Of a DNA stretch of 64,000 bases, positions 1-11,586 are shown piece after piece. Position numbers and translations under genes: made by a program. Origin of the DNA: Bdellovibrionota bacterium (GTDB lineage Bacteria > Bdellovibrionota_C > UBA2361 > CAKMMH01); the NCBI GenBank assembly GCA_050952645.1, contig JBMNLI010000007.1, positions 64,001 to 128,000 of the forward strand, written 5' to 3'. Numbering within the stretch: position 1 is the stretch's first letter; the number at the start of each line of letters is the position of its first letter. The notes beneath the pieces are model-generated. The model saw nothing but the letters and a program-made list of their open reading frames with translations. It made no database searches and had not been told where the DNA came from.

Positions 1-294
1 AAGATAAGTAAAACTAAGGTGTTATTATATGCGCCATCTATAAGTTTAATTTTAGCTGGAAGTTTCGTTATCTTTAGCCCTACTATGCTAAAATTCTTTT
101 TAGCTTGTTTCCTAATTTTTTCAGGAATATTATCGCTTAAAGTTATTAAAAGGATTTACACTACGAGAAATAATATCCTATCAATTTTAGGACAAATCGA
201 TGGACAAATCCTTATACACAAACACCATCCTGCCGAAGAAGATGATGATAGATTGTTCTCACAATATTCAAATAAAAAGAATATGTTTCATTAG
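1..294 (+). CDS. Hypothetical small membrane protein (probably 5'-truncated by the window edge)
   Basis: Frame open from base 1; two hydrophobic segments; no recognisable family. Confidence 0.55.
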   Translation, partial: KISKTKVLLYAPSISLILAGSFVIFSPTMLKFFLACFLIFSGILSLKVIKRIYTTRNNILSILGQIDGQILIHKHHPAEEDDDRLFSQYSNKKNMFH

Positions 295-333
295 TAAAAA
301 ATATAAAGTTAAAAGTATTTTTTTAATTTTAAT

Positions 334-1254
334 ATGATTAAAAAAGTTAACGGAAAGTATATCATTTCAGCTGGAGAGCTAGGCATATACGTCGTTTGTC
401 CTTACGCTTGGAAGTTAAAAAGCGTTTCTCATAAAAAACTAGAAAATGCTGATGTGCAAAAAGAATCTACGGAAGGAAAGAAACTCCATAAAGAATGGAG
501 TAAAGAAACGGAAGATATTCATATCTTAAGAACTAAAAAAAGTTTAGTTTTAGGTTTACTTTCTGTCGTTATATTATCTTCTATTTTTTTTCTGAAAGAT
601 AAAATTTTAAAATCTTATAATATAGAAAGTATAAAAACTCTTAAACTTAAATCTACCTCCATTTTATCGTATTTAATAAATGAAATAAAAATAGTCTTTG
701 CAGAACTCGGCGAACTCGATCTCGATGTTTTAATGTTTGTCGTGTTAACTAGCATATCGTTATTTGTCGTGTATATCGTAAGTGTATACGTTAAAAAACG
801 TGCAGTAGTAGCTGGAATAGATGAGAAAAGTAAACTTTTAGCATTAGAGCATAGTAAAATTTTACCATCGAAAGATTATATATCTTACACTCAAGGAATT
901 TCTGGGAAACCCGATGCCGTAATAAAGGAAGGGGCTTATTTTATTCCAGTAGAGATAAAACCACTAGCTAAAAAATTAAGAGATCGCTACGTATATCAGC
1001 TTTTAGTTTATATGAGACTTATAAGTGAGTTTAAGAAAAAAGATGTTCCTTATGGATATCTTATTTTAGGGCCTAAAGCAAAAAGAGTAAGAATTAACAA
1101 TTTACCTGAAAGGCAAAAAAACCTTAATACGTTCTTGTCCGATATGAATGATATTTTAAATAATAAAAAAGAAGCCTTAGCAAGCCCTTCAGTGCAAAAA
1201 TGTTCAAAATGTAATGTAGCAAAATATTGTAAATTTAATGCTTGCAAGCCTTAG
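334..1254 (+). CDS. Cas4-like PD-(D/E)XK nuclease with two inserted transmembrane segments
   Basis: N-terminal ISAGEL..CPYAW; core GKPD..VEIK..QLLVY; C-terminal CSKC..C completes a 4-Cys Fe-S set; hydrophobic runs at about aa 70-88 and 132-153. Confidence 0.75.
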   Translation: MIKKVNGKYIISAGELGIYVVCPYAWKLKSVSHKKLENADVQKESTEGKKLHKEWSKETEDIHILRTKKSLVLGLLSVVILSSIFFLKDKILKSYNIESIKTLKLKSTSILSYLINEIKIVFAELGELDLDVLMFVVLTSISLFVVYIVSVYVKKRAVVAGIDEKSKLLALEHSKILPSKDYISYTQGISGKPDAVIKEGAYFIPVEIKPLAKKLRDRYVYQLLVYMRLISEFKKKDVPYGYLILGPKAKRVRINNLPERQKNLNTFLSDMNDILNNKKEALASPSVQKCSKCNVAKYCKFNACKP

Positions 1255-1275
1255 ATGTGCTTTACTAAATTTATT

Positions 1276-1380
1276 GGTTCTTTCACGTTTTAGAAAGGCT
1301 TTGGAAAAATTGTTTTTGGCTTCGTCGATGAGTGATGCTAATTTAAAGGTCTAAAACCCACCTTAAAACGTCAAAGAACT
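1276..1380. repeat. Palindromic MITE/REP-like element, short form
   Basis: Terminal inverted repeats GGTTCTTTCACGTTTTA / TAAAACGTCAAAGAACT; interior matches the copies at 3011 and 63133. Confidence 0.8.
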
Positions 1381-1435
1381 AAATAAATTTAAATTGCTAC
1401 ATGAAGAATAAAAAATATCTTTCGATAAACTTTAT

Positions 1436-2969
1436 ATGAGTTTATTTAAAGATATTTTTACAAAACGATTTTTAACACGAATAAAGAAGAATTATCCATC
1501 GCTGTTTTTTTGTTTCTTTTTAATTTTAGGACAGTTTGTAGCTTTCTATTTAATTAGATATCAAAATATCTATCTTATTTTGTTTATAAATTTAATTTTT
1601 ATTTTTTTCGTTCTTATAAAAAAATATATTTTTATAAATTTTTTTATAATAGGTATATTATCATTTTTCTTACAAGCAAAGAGTTTAAATTTTAAAACTT
1701 ATACTGAAGATGCTAGCTACTTAGTTAAAATTATATCTGATATTCAAAACAGAGTTTCAAATAGGATAAGTTTTACAGTTGAGGTGTTAGGAGTTCAGGA
1801 AAAAAGGCAAAGAGGTTTTAAAGAATTATCTTTTAAGAAAGAAAATTTTTTAATGTATTGTGGAGCCGTGTATCTTCCGTGGAAAAATATTTCAGAAGCT
1901 AAGAAGGGGGATGCTTTAATTATAAAAGCAAAGGTAAAAAATGTTGAGCCTACTTTCAATCCTATTTCTTATGAATTGTATCTTTTAAGAAAAAGTATAA
2001 GCAAAACTTGTGATATAAAATTTGCAAAGATTATAAAAAAGCGAAATGATAATAGCTTATCTTTAAGGCTTAATAAAAAAATAAGAAATAATGTTGTAAA
2101 AGTATTAGGCGACAAGGAGTCTTCTGGGCTTTTCTTATCGATGACTATTGGAGTTAGAAATCTTTTAGCAACCTTAACTGAAGAAAAGTTTAAAAAAGTA
2201 GGTCTTACGCATTTGCTCGTTGTATCTGGCTATCAAGTATGTTTAATTTATTTTAGTATTCTTTTTATACTAAAGCAGATTTCTAGAATTTTCAAAAAGC
2301 TTTATTATTACTATTTTATCCAATATGTTTATAAAATTTTAGCACTTTCAGGGAGTATCTTTTTTGTGCTTCTTTCAGGGGCAGATTCTTCGAGTATTAG
2401 AGCTGGTATAGCGATTATTATCTTAAATATTGCTACGATGTTTGAAAGAAATAGCTCATTTGCAAATAGCATTATTTTATCATTTTTTATTATGCATCTT
2501 CTTTTTCCTCTTTGCATTTTAGACCCAGGTGTGGCACTTAGCTATGCGGCACTTATAGGAATTTGGCTTGGAAGCTTTAGTAAGAATAGAATTAAAAGCT
2601 TTCTTCTTATATCTTTTTACGTTTATATAGCTACTAGCACAGTGACGCTAATATGGTTTAAACAAATCTCTTTTATATCATTTTTATTAAATATATCTGT
2701 TGCACCGATAATCTCTTGGATAAGTTGTTTTCTAGGTTTTTTAGGAATATTTTTAAATTTTACTATCGATAAGCCTGGGATATGTATAAAAATGCGTATC
2801 TTTTATTTTAGATTTATTTAAAAAATTCGTATTTTATATATCAGAGTTTAATTTTATATCTTACGTTTTTGATACCATGCCAATAATTTTAGTTTTAATC
2901 TTTTTTATTATTATAATAAGAGCTTTTTTAAAAAGGATTAAGTATTACGTCTCTTTTTGGAATTTGTAG
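1436..2969 (+). CDS. comEC: ComEC/Rec2 competence membrane protein; main ORF ends at 2821 and a hydrophobic tail continues in the +1 frame to 2969; no metallo-beta-lactamase domain
   Basis: GLTHLLVVSGYQV and S-IRAG motifs; many TM helices; a frameshift at or near the A5 run 2788-2792 opens 58 further codons. Confidence 0.8.
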
Positions 2970-3010
2970 CCTATAAGCTCCCCCTAAAAAAGAAATTTAA
3001 CTAAAATTTT

Positions 3011-3234
3011 GGTTCTTCACGTTTTAGGTGGGTTAGAAAAATTGTTTTTAGGGGTTAGCTTAAAAGAAAATTGGCTTTTATAGAAAACTATCTATAGTTT
3101 AAAGAAAAATTACAACTATATTTAAAGTAATTTATTTTATGCAAATTTCTTTAAAGTCAATTTTCTTTTGTGCTTCGTCGAGGTGAGTGATACTAATTTT
3201 AAGGTCTAAAACCTACCTTAAAACGTGAAGAGCT
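3011..3234. repeat. Palindromic MITE/REP-like element, long form
   Basis: TIRs GGTTCTTCACGTTTTAGGTGGGTT / AACCTACCTTAAAACGTGAAGAGCT; about 120-bp extra interior shared with the 6982 and 54649 copies. Confidence 0.85.
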
Positions 3235-3366
3235 AAAATTTTTTAAAGTATCTCTTTAAAGTCAATTTTATTTAATTAGTAAGTGTGTTATATTTTTATT
3301 GACCGACGCAAAATCACGAAAATCGCGAAAATCATTAAAATGTTATAGCAAATAAATGTTATAATT

Positions 3367-5119
<1,753 letters not shown>

Positions 5120-5258
5120 TAATGTTTAAAAAAACGATTTCTTTTTTCTAACTATTTTCTTTTGATGCAAAATAATATACACTAAGTAAATGTGTATTTT
5201 AAATAAAAATATACATTCATGTTTAAAAAATTCAAAATAAAAGAGAGATTATATAATT

Positions 5259-6962
5259 ATGAATACTGATAATACGAGCAGTAATGCTAGTTCTTTTGCT
5301 AGCGAGTTTGAAAATCTTGTAAAAAAACAAGTAGATTCGATTAAATTAGGTAATATTGTTTCGGGAACGATAGTTGATATTGGAAAGGAAATGGTAACGG
5401 TAGATATCGGCTTTAAATCTGAAGGTGTAGTCCCAACACAACAATTTTATAACCACGATGGGAAAATCAATGTAAAAGTTGGAGATGAGACCGAGGTTTT
5501 TATTTTGCAACTTGAAAATGAACACGGACAAGTAGTTTTGTCGAGAGAAAAAGCGATGCAAAAAAGAGTTTGGGAACACGTTGAGAGAACTTTTGCAGAA
5601 GGTGGCTTAGTTACTGGTAAGGTAATGCAAAAAGTAAAAGGCGGTCTTCAAGTAGATATAGGAATTCCAGCATTTTTACCTGGTTCGCAAGTCGATATTA
5701 GACCTCACAGGAATTTAGATAAATTTTTAGGTGAAGTTTACGATTTTAAAGTATTAAAAATTACTAAGGATAAAGGTAATATCGTAGTTTCAAGAAGAGC
5801 AGTTCTTCTTTCAGAAAGAAGCCAATTAAGAGAAGAAACTTTAAAAGTTATCTCGGAAGGCGTTGTAATGGAAGGAGCCGTTAAGAATATTACAGACTAC
5901 GGCGTGTTTATAGACCTTGGTGGTATCGATGGACTTTTACATATTACAGATATTTCTTGGGGAAGGGTGAACCATCCTGCTGAGAAATTAAATGTAGGAG
6001 ATAAAGTGCCAGTAGTAGTTCTTAAGTATGATGAAGAAAATGAGCGTGTAAGCTTAGGTATGAAGCAACTAAAAGAAGATCCTTGGCTTAAAGTTGATGA
6101 GAAATATTCTATCGGCTCTAGAGTCGTTGGTAAGGTATTTTCAATCGTTGATTATGGTGCATTCGTTGAACTTGAAGATGGCGTTGAGGGGTTAATTCAT
6201 ATATCAGATATGAGCTGGACTAAGAAAGCTAAACATCCATCAAAGATAGTATCCGAAAAACAAATGGTAGAGGTTCAAGTTCTTGGAATAGATCACCAAG
6301 AAAGAAGAATTTCACTAGGTATGAAACAGCTTACGGCAAATCCTTGGGACGAGCTTGCAAAGACGCATCCTGTCGGTTCAGTTATTACTGGAAAAGTTCG
6401 CTCAATTACAGAGTTCGGAATATTTGTTGGTGTTGAAGATGGCATCGATGGATTAGTTCACGTTTCAGATTTTTCTTGGACTAAGAGAATTAAAGATCCG
6501 AAAGAAATTGGAGAGCTTTATAAAAAAGGCATGGAAATTACGGCTAAAGTGCTAGAGATTGACGGTGAAAACGAAAGGCTTAGTCTTGGTATTAAGCAAC
6601 TAACCGAAGATCCTTGGGATAAGATCTCTATGCGTTATCCAGTTGGGGCTAAAGTTAAAGGAACCGTCGCATCTATCGCTGATTTTGGAGTATTCGTTGA
6701 GCTTGAAGAGGGAGTTGAGGGACTTATCCACACCTCACAGCTTGGACTTAATAAAGATGAAGAGGTAAAGGATCATTTTAAAGTTGGTGATGAAGTTGAA
6801 AGTGAGGTTATTAACATCGATAGAGATGAGCATAGAATCAGCTTAAGTATTAATGTTATAAAGAATAGAGAAGAACATAACTTATCTAACTTTTCCGATG
6901 ATAATGCTGGCATAGCAGTTACTTTTGGCGATTTGCTTCGTCAAGCAAAAGATGAAAGATAA
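5259..6962 (+). CDS. rpsA: 30S ribosomal protein S1
   Basis: Six S1 repeats (e.g. DYGVFIDLGGIDGLLHITDISW, RISLGMKQL). Confidence 0.98.
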   Translation: MNTDNTSSNASSFASEFENLVKKQVDSIKLGNIVSGTIVDIGKEMVTVDIGFKSEGVVPTQQFYNHDGKINVKVGDETEVFILQLENEHGQVVLSREKAMQKRVWEHVERTFAEGGLVTGKVMQKVKGGLQVDIGIPAFLPGSQVDIRPHRNLDKFLGEVYDFKVLKITKDKGNIVVSRRAVLLSERSQLREETLKVISEGVVMEGAVKNITDYGVFIDLGGIDGLLHITDISWGRVNHPAEKLNVGDKVPVVVLKYDEENERVSLGMKQLKEDPWLKVDEKYSIGSRVVGKVFSIVDYGAFVELEDGVEGLIHISDMSWTKKAKHPSKIVSEKQMVEVQVLGIDHQERRISLGMKQLTANPWDELAKTHPVGSVITGKVRSITEFGIFVGVEDGIDGLVHVSDFSWTKRIKDPKEIGELYKKGMEITAKVLEIDGENERLSLGIKQLTEDPWDKISMRYPVGAKVKGTVASIADFGVFVELEEGVEGLIHTSQLGLNKDEEVKDHFKVGDEVESEVINIDRDEHRISLSINVIKNREEHNLSNFSDDNAGIAVTFGDLLRQAKDER

Positions 6963-6981
6963 GTGTTGATGTTAGTGGAGA

Positions 6982-7160
6982 GTTTAAAAGAAAATTGGCT
7001 TTTATGGAGAACTAGCTATGGTAAAAAAAAATTACAGCTATATTTAAAGTAATTTTTGTTTATGTAAATTTCTAAAAAGTCAATTTTCTTTTGGACTACG
7101 TGGGGGGAAGAGGATGTTAATTTTTTAGAGCTTAAACTATCCTTAAAAACATGAAGAGCC
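6982..7160. repeat. Degenerate partial long-form MITE/REP-like copy
   Basis: TAAAAGAAAATTGGCTTTTAT...AAAGTCAATTTTCTTTTG matches the interior of the 3011 copy; right TIR decayed. Confidence 0.7.
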
Positions 7161-7236
7161 TCTTTTTTTATATAAAATCCATTTTTAGTTGAAGAAGGAC
7201 GGTTAAGCTTATTTTTAAACGCATGAAGAGCTAATT

Positions 7237-7668
7237 TTAATTGTTTTTTCCTTTTAATATATCTCTAATTTCAGTAAGTAAAATTTCTTCTTTTGTTGGC
7301 TCTTCTTTAAGTTCTATTCCTTCTTTTTTTCGTTCTTTTATAGCAATATTTCTAAGTGCATTCATAGCTTTAATCATTGCAAATATTGCGAGTGAAACGA
7401 TAATAAAATCTAAGGTGGTTTGGATAAAATTCCCATAATTTAAGGCAACTTGAGGAGTGCCGTTTGTAGCTTCCTTTAATACTAATTTTAAGTCTTTAAA
7501 ATCTACTCCCCCTATTAACAATCCTAAAGGTGGGGTTAAAATATCGTTTACTAGAGACGTAACGATTTTTCCAAAAGCAGCTCCAATAATAATGCCGATG
7601 GCCATATCTACAACGTTCCCTCTTAATGCAAACTCTTGAAATTCTTTTAATATACCTGCAATTTTCAT
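7237..7668 (-). CDS. mscL: Large-conductance mechanosensitive channel
   Basis: [30 protein letters not shown]-terminal LLTEIRDIL. Confidence 0.97.
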   Translation of the reverse strand: MKIAGILKEFQEFALRGNVVDMAIGIIIGAAFGKIVTSLVNDILTPPLGLLIGGVDFKDLKLVLKEATNGTPQVALNYGNFIQTTLDFIIVSLAIFAMIKAMNALRNIAIKERKKEGIELKEEPTKEEILLTEIRDILKGKNN

Positions 7669-7900
7669 AAGCTACTCCTATAGATAAATAAAAAAAAATT
7701 AAAAACCCTAGAGGTTTTTAAGTAGTAAATTTTATAGCATTTAATATATAGTTTTATTGTACATTTTAGAAGATAGAACTTGAGATGTTAAAAAGTTATT
7801 AAAAAGTGTTTTTCTTTAAGATTTTTTGGTGATACTTTTAAAACCTGAAAAACTTTAGTTTTTACTCTACTTGAGTTTTTTCCCTACTTATATATAATAA

Positions 7901-8006
7901 AAAGACGGTAAAAGATATGCGAGAAAAGATTCGCGAAACTTGGTCAGGTTCGGAAGAAAGCAGCCATAAGTGTATTTTTTCTGTGATTTATTTTTTACCG
8001 TTTTTT
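7901..8006 (+). ncRNA. ffs: Small SRP RNA (4.5S)
   Basis: GGTCAGGTTCGGAAGAAAGCAGCC domain IV motif; closing stem ACGGTAAAA/TTTTACCGT; conserved position upstream of dnaX. Confidence 0.9.
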
Positions 8007-8088
8007 TCAAAAATTAAATTATTCTAAGATTTATTTTACAGATTTATTTTTGAGATTTTATTTTTAAGATTTTATTATAAAGATTTAA

Positions 8089-9324
8089 ATGTCATATCTT
8101 GTCTTTGCTAGAAAATATCGCCCCAAAACATTTGCTGAAGTTACTGGGCAAGAACACATTACTAGAAGTTTAGTAAATGCAATAAATAGAGATAAAATAG
8201 CACACGCCTTTCTTTTTTCAGGCCCTAGAGGAGTCGGGAAGACATCTATCGCTAGAATTTTAGCAAAGTCTTTAAACTGTGTTAAAGGTCCTACCGCATC
8301 GCCATGTTTAGAGTGTGCAAATTGTAAAGAGATAGCTGCAGGAAATAGCCTTGCAGTCATCGAAATGGACGGAGCATCAAACAATAGTGTAGATGATGTA
8401 AGAGGGCTTGTAGAGTCTTTTAAACTTCCTCCACCGCCAAATTCAAAATATAAAGTCTATATTATAGATGAAGTTCATATGCTTAGCATATCGGCTTTTA
8501 ATGCTCTGCTTAAAAGCTTAGAGGAACCACCAAGTAATACGGTTTTTATTTTAGCAACGACTGAGCTTCAAAAAATTCCAGAAACCGTAGTTTCAAGATG
8601 TCAGCGTCATGATTTTCGCTCGCTTTCATTTGATGAGATAAGAGATAGGTTAAAAGAGATTCTAAAAAATGAAAATATAACTATTGAAGCGCAGGCTTTA
8701 AGAACTATCGCAAAGCTTTCTAGTGGGTCGATGAGAGATGCTCAATCGATTTTAGATAGAGTTTCATCTTTTTGCGAAGACGGTAAAATAACCTCTAAAG
8801 AGTGTAGTAGTATTTTAGGCGTTGTAGAGCGTGCAGTCTTGTTTGAAATTTCTAACGCTATACTAAAAAGAGATTCATTAAAAGCACTAGATGAGCTTCA
8901 GAAAGTTTTTAACTCTGGGAGCAATATCTCTCTTTTTGTAGAAGAATTTTTATCTTACTTTAGAGAGCTTTTAATAGCAAAGTTAAAGGGTTTTGAGCTT
9001 CTTAATTCCTACGGTCTAGATAAAGAAGAGATAGAGATTTTAAAAGACGAAACTCTAGATATAAGCTTAACCGATATTCAAGATCTATTTGAAATTTTAA
9101 GAGTAGGTGCTGATAGCATAATAAGGAGTTCTTACCCTAAATACTCGCTAGAGGCACTAGTAGTAAAAATGGCTACAAGAGAGCCTGTAAAAGATGTTGC
9201 ATTCCTTGTAGGAGCGTTAAGAAACAAATTAGAAAATCTAAACTCTTTAGATTTGCAAGTAGGTAGTAGTGTAAATGATGAAAATGATAAGTCGCTACAC
9301 GCTACTGCTAAAAAAAAAACTTAA
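8089..9324 (+). CDS. dnaX: DNA polymerase III subunit gamma/tau, zero-frame (gamma-length) product
   Basis: ARKYRP, GPRGVGKTS Walker A, zinc Cys cluster, IIDEVHML, SRC. Confidence 0.97.
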   Translation: MSYLVFARKYRPKTFAEVTGQEHITRSLVNAINRDKIAHAFLFSGPRGVGKTSIARILAKSLNCVKGPTASPCLECANCKEIAAGNSLAVIEMDGASNNSVDDVRGLVESFKLPPPPNSKYKVYIIDEVHMLSISAFNALLKSLEEPPSNTVFILATTELQKIPETVVSRCQRHDFRSLSFDEIRDRLKEILKNENITIEAQALRTIAKLSSGSMRDAQSILDRVSSFCEDGKITSKECSSILGVVERAVLFEISNAILKRDSLKALDELQKVFNSGSNISLFVEEFLSYFRELLIAKLKGFELLNSYGLDKEEIEILKDETLDISLTDIQDLFEILRVGADSIIRSSYPKYSLEALVVKMATREPVKDVAFLVGALRNKLENLNSLDLQVGSSVNDENDKSLHATAKKKT

Positions 9325-9923
9325 ATGACAGTGAAAAAGAAATAAAAAAATCTTTAAGCGAAAGTTTCCAAAAAATTAAAGAAGAGAAAGAAAAAAATCA
9401 AAACAAGGGAAATGAAATTAAAGAAAGCAAAAGTAAAGAAAATAAAAGTAATGAAAATAAAAAAGATAAAGAAAGCGAAGATAAAAATAGTAAAAATAGT
9501 ATAGAAAGAAAAATTGATAATGTAGAAATTTTAGCTAAATTAGCCCCTAGTTCTTTTAATGCTGACGATTTTATAAAGAGTATAGAGGTAAAAAATGGCG
9601 GTTTTTTTGAGTCTTGTATTAAAAGGGTAAGTATAGTTTTTAAAGATAAAAAAATAATTATTAAAGGCTCAAAATTTGATATAGGCTATTTAAAAGGAAG
9701 CGAGAACAAGCCTCTATTATTAGAAAGCTTATATAAATATACTGGAATTAAAAATTGGGTATTACAATTTGAAGAAGATGTAATAAACTCTGATATTCCG
9801 CAAGATAGCTTTGTAAAAAAAGATGAGATGGAAAAAAAAGAAAAAGTTTATAAGGATCCGCTTTTTTTAGAAATAAAAAAAACATTTCCTGGAACGGAGA
9901 TTGAAAAGTTTATAAAAAAATAG
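9318..9923 (+). CDS. dnaX: C-terminal tau extension of dnaX in the -1 frame (no start codon of its own)
   Basis: About 200 open codons directly after the A10 run 9310-9319, ending ...YKDPLFLEIKKTFPGTEIEKFIKK just before ybaB. Confidence 0.8.
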   Translation, partial: NLNDSEKEIKKSLSESFQKIKEEKEKNQNKGNEIKESKSKENKSNENKKDKESEDKNSKNSIERKIDNVEILAKLAPSSFNADDFIKSIEVKNGGFFESCIKRVSIVFKDKKIIIKGSKFDIGYLKGSENKPLLLESLYKYTGIKNWVLQFEEDVINSDIPQDSFVKKDEMEKKEKVYKDPLFLEIKKTFPGTEIEKFIKK

Positions 9924-9951
9924 AATTTAAAATAATATAGGAGGATATAAT

Positions 9952-10296
9952 ATGGCAAAAGGCTTTAGTGGTATACCAAGCGGTGGGGGCAATATGCAAC
10001 AGTTAATGAAGCAAGCACAAAAAATGCAGCAAGATATGCAACGTGTGCAACAAGAGACTGAAAATATGGTAATTCAAGCCTCGGCAGGCGGTTCAATGGT
10101 AAATGTGGAAATTAATGGTAAGTATGAGTTAGTATCATTAAAAATAGACAAGAGTGTAGTTAATGCCGATGATGTGGAGATGCTTCAAGATTTAATAATT
10201 GCGGCAACTAATGAGGCTATCAGAAAGATGAAAACGGAAAGTGAAAAGAAGTATTCTACCGTAACTGGTGGCTTATCAATGCCAGGTCTTTTTTAA
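9952..10296 (+). CDS. ybaB: YbaB/EbfC nucleoid-associated protein
   Basis: MQQLMKQAQKMQ, GGSMVNV, DVEMLQDLIIAATNEA; dnaX-ybaB-recR synteny. Confidence 0.95.
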   Translation: MAKGFSGIPSGGGNMQQLMKQAQKMQQDMQRVQQETENMVIQASAGGSMVNVEINGKYELVSLKIDKSVVNADDVEMLQDLIIAATNEAIRKMKTESEKKYSTVTGGLSMPGLF

Positions 10297-10314
10297 ATAT
10301 AGTTTTTTTTGCAC

Positions 10315-10914
10315 ATGTATTTATTTCCTGAGTCAATGAGAAAATTAGTGCGTGAGCTTTCAAAGCTTCCATCGATAGGAGAAAAGACTGCGATGAGACT
10401 TTCTTATCATATCGTTAATAACGATAGGGAGCTTGCTCAAAGTTTAAGTGAAGCACTTTTGCAAGCCGTAAATAACACTTGTTTTTGCGAGACTTGTTTT
10501 AGTTTTACTGAAGGTAAAAAATGTAAAATTTGCGAAGATCCTTTAAGAGATAAAAGTTTGATTTGCGTAGTAGAAAAGCCGATGGATATATACGCTTTTG
10601 AAAGAATGGGAGAGTTTAAAGGAGTTTATCACGTTCTTCACGGGCTTTTTGCTCCATTAAAGGGGTTAGGTGTTGAGTCTATGAAATTAAAAGAGCTTTT
10701 TGAAAGAATTAAAAAAGGAGAAATAAAGGAAGTTATTTTAGCTACCTCATCGACGGTTGAGGGAGATGCTACATCTCTTCTTATTGCAGATAGATTAAAA
10801 GATATGGATATAAAAGTTTCTAGACTTGCCCAAGGAATGTCAAAGGGCACTGAACTTGAATATGCAGATGATATTACTTTATCTAGAGCCTTTAGTGGTA
10901 GAAATTATTATTAA
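10315..10914 (+). CDS. recR: Recombination mediator RecR
   Basis: LPSIGEKTA HhH, C4 zinc finger, ICVVE, YHVLHG, EGDAT, ELEYAD. Confidence 0.97.
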   Translation: MYLFPESMRKLVRELSKLPSIGEKTAMRLSYHIVNNDRELAQSLSEALLQAVNNTCFCETCFSFTEGKKCKICEDPLRDKSLICVVEKPMDIYAFERMGEFKGVYHVLHGLFAPLKGLGVESMKLKELFERIKKGEIKEVILATSSTVEGDATSLLIADRLKDMDIKVSRLAQGMSKGTELEYADDITLSRAFSGRNYY

Positions 10915-10927
10915 GTTTTTTGTGATG

Positions 10928-10966
10928 GGCTCATGCGTTTTAAGGTGGTTAGAAAATTTTGTTTTT
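10928..10966. repeat. Left-end remnant of the MITE/REP-like element
   Basis: CGTTTTAAGGTGGTTAGAAAATTTTGTTTTT resembles the left arm of the 3011 copy. Confidence 0.5.
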
Positions 10967-11026
10967 AAACTTTTCGCTATTGACTTTTGTTTAAAAAACA
11001 AAGATTATAGTCTGTATTGTGTTTGT

Positions 11027-11102
11027 TCCCCAGTAGCTCAGTTGGTAGAGCAAATGACTGTTAATCATTGGGTCACTGGTTCGAGTCCAGTCTGGGGAGC
11101 CA
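11027..11102 (+). tRNA. tRNA-Asn(GTT)
   Basis: Full cloverleaf, anticodon arm ATGACT GTT AATCAT, encoded CCA. Confidence 0.97.
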
Positions 11103-11153
11103 TTTTTTCTTCAAGTTTTTTTATTCAAAAAAGAATTCTTTTTTGCCAAATTT

Positions 11154-11227
11154 GCACCATTAGCTCAGTTGGATAGAGCGTCTGACTACGAATCAGAAGG
11201 TCGTAGGTTCGACTCCTTCATGGTGCA
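11154..11227 (+). tRNA. tRNA-Arg(ACG), CCA not encoded
   Basis: GCACCAT/ATGGTGC acceptor stem, TCTGACT ACG AATCAGA; one T-T mismatch in the T stem. Confidence 0.93.
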
Positions 11228-11324
11228 TACTTTTCTAGCATCTTTCTTAATACGTTTTCTTTAAAACAAAGCTTTCTTTTCTGTTTTGCTTAAATATTTT
11301 TTACTTATCTAGTTTGTTTTATAA

Positions 11325-11431
11325 GGAAACACTGATTAACAGCATAATTCTAAGAGTTTTTTTTAAACATCTTGAAAAAATTAACTTTTTATATCTGTTT
11401 TTAGAAATTTTAGACATTAATCAGTGTTTCC
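11325..11431. repeat. Long inverted repeat (15-bp perfect arms)
   Basis: GGAAACACTGATTAA 11325-11339 / TTAATCAGTGTTTCC 11417-11431. Confidence 0.7.
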
Positions 11432-11586
11432 ATAAAATTACTTTATAAATAACCACTATAAAAAAAGCTTTAAATCAGTGATAATGCCAAAAGCGATTGT
11501 TTTTATACTTGTAAAAATATTTTGCCCTAGAGAAAAATATTGTAGTTTATTTATTTTAACCATTTAAAGGTTTTAAAAGATAAAAA

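Noticed and set aside
334..1254. CRISPR-Cas locus suggested by the Cas4-like gene
   Set aside because: No other cas genes and no repeat-spacer array in the window; the short tandem repeats have no spacers.
10826..11176. 116-aa ORF
   Set aside because: Overlaps recR, a repeat remnant and the tRNA genes; spurious.
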